Of a stretch of DNA of 64,000 bases, positions 62,861 to 64,000 are shown piece by piece. Location: NCBI RefSeq assembly GCF_009914755.1, contig NC_060932.1; one strand, 5' to 3'. The translations under genes were made by a program, and so were the position numbers. Origin of the DNA: the human T2T-CHM13v2.0 reference genome, Homo sapiens. Every line of letters begins with the position of its first letter. Within the stretch, counting starts at the first letter, position 1. The notes under the pieces were generated by a model. That model saw only the letters and a program-made list of their open reading frames with translations. It did no database searches and was not told the DNA's origin.

Positions 62861-64000
62861 TGTAGTTTGCCGTCTGCCACAACTGAAAGATAAATAGTAA
62901 GATATTGGCTGAAGTTGGTGAAGATGTGAAATAGCTGGCATTGAAAATACGAATAAGCATAAGCTAAAAGCACACTAAGACCACAAGGCACTGGTGAAGG
63001 ACCAGCTGAGCAGGAAGGTGTTGAACATACATAGTTTATTTCAAGTTTACTCCAAATCAGTAAAAGTACTTAAGCTAGTGAACTGTGCTCTTACTCAATG
63101 TTACTCTATCCTACCCAGTCATCTTAAATGTCTCACTGATAACAAGGTAATTCTAAAAATTAGCTTGGGTACTTATTAACACAAATAGTGTACTACTTCT
63201 AGAAAAAAACTATAAAATAAATACAAGGGGCTTAAGAGTTTTCCACCTTCATATAAGTTAATTTCATTTTAATAATGTTACAAAGCAAATATGTGATTGA
63301 AACATTGGGCTATGTTTGGATCCATGCCAGGCTCCCTAGGTCTCCAGGTATATTTACTGGTTACAACTAAACAGATGGACCAGCTAGAAACCACCAAATA
63401 ATCAAATAAATCTTAAGATTCAAGAAAATAAGCATTATATTTTAGTCATGAAGAAAGTTCAATTTTTAACAAACCAATGTACCTATTGCTAGTTATTACC
63501 ATTTAAGGAGGAAAATGAGCAGCATATCAAGTCAATTAAACCAAATTACCAGTATTAAATGGCTTACCTTCTCACAGATGTTAGAATATCCCATGTATTT
63601 TATAAAGAATTTTTACTTTAATAAACTTAGCAAAACATTCTTAGTATCTGAAATAGTTACAATTTAAAGAAACTTAGTATTTAGTCACTTTAAATGGAAT
63701 TTTATTACAAGGTAATACTAGACATACAATAGCTATATTCTGTTTACAAGAAGCACTAAAACCATACACAACTTTTTGCCAGTAAGTTTGAAACTTCAAA
63801 GACAGAAAACGTTTTAGAAAATATAACTTACTCAAATGTACCTACCAAGAGAAAATATAACATAGCAAACCTAACTCAAGAAGACACAGAAATTTTAAGT
63901 AGTCCTGTAAACATTTAAAAAGCAAAGGCAGTTTCCCCTCATGTCTACCCACACCTCACCCAGTGTTGGGGTAAAATGACAAAAAGGTTCCAATGAGTTT

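Overview
Human (primate, Alu-containing) genomic DNA covering the 5' half of the ASPH / AbetaH-J-J locus on the minus strand. This locus encodes aspartyl/asparaginyl beta-hydroxylase, junctate/humbug and junctin. From right to left it contains: the muscle (P2) first exon encoding MAEDK with a MEF2 box, the shared transmembrane exon, a 45-nt cassette, the EF-hand exon (which ends in a GC donor), a 180-nt triadin-like exon that can be a cassette or a terminal exon, the two junctin-specific exons, and eight small acidic-domain exons of ASPH/junctate. The ubiquitous exon 1 and the catalytic exons lie outside the window. Joined by hand, the junctin exons give 16+150+69+42+356 = 633 nt (210 aa plus stop). 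The rest is intron with Alu, L1, L2, MIR, DNA transposon and nested LTR remnants. The most interesting observations are: (1) every internal exon is phase 1-1 and a multiple of 3, so a back-spliced exon 2-3 circle would be a stop-free rolling ORF; (2) the 180-nt exon resembles the triadin lumenal segment; (3) a candidate hidden in-frame 159-nt acidic exon; (4) unusual splice signals at the isoform branch point; (5) a chimeric local duplication around the P2 exon with 13-bp hairpins at its breakpoints. Gene and repeat names come from recognition of the sequence, not from a database search.
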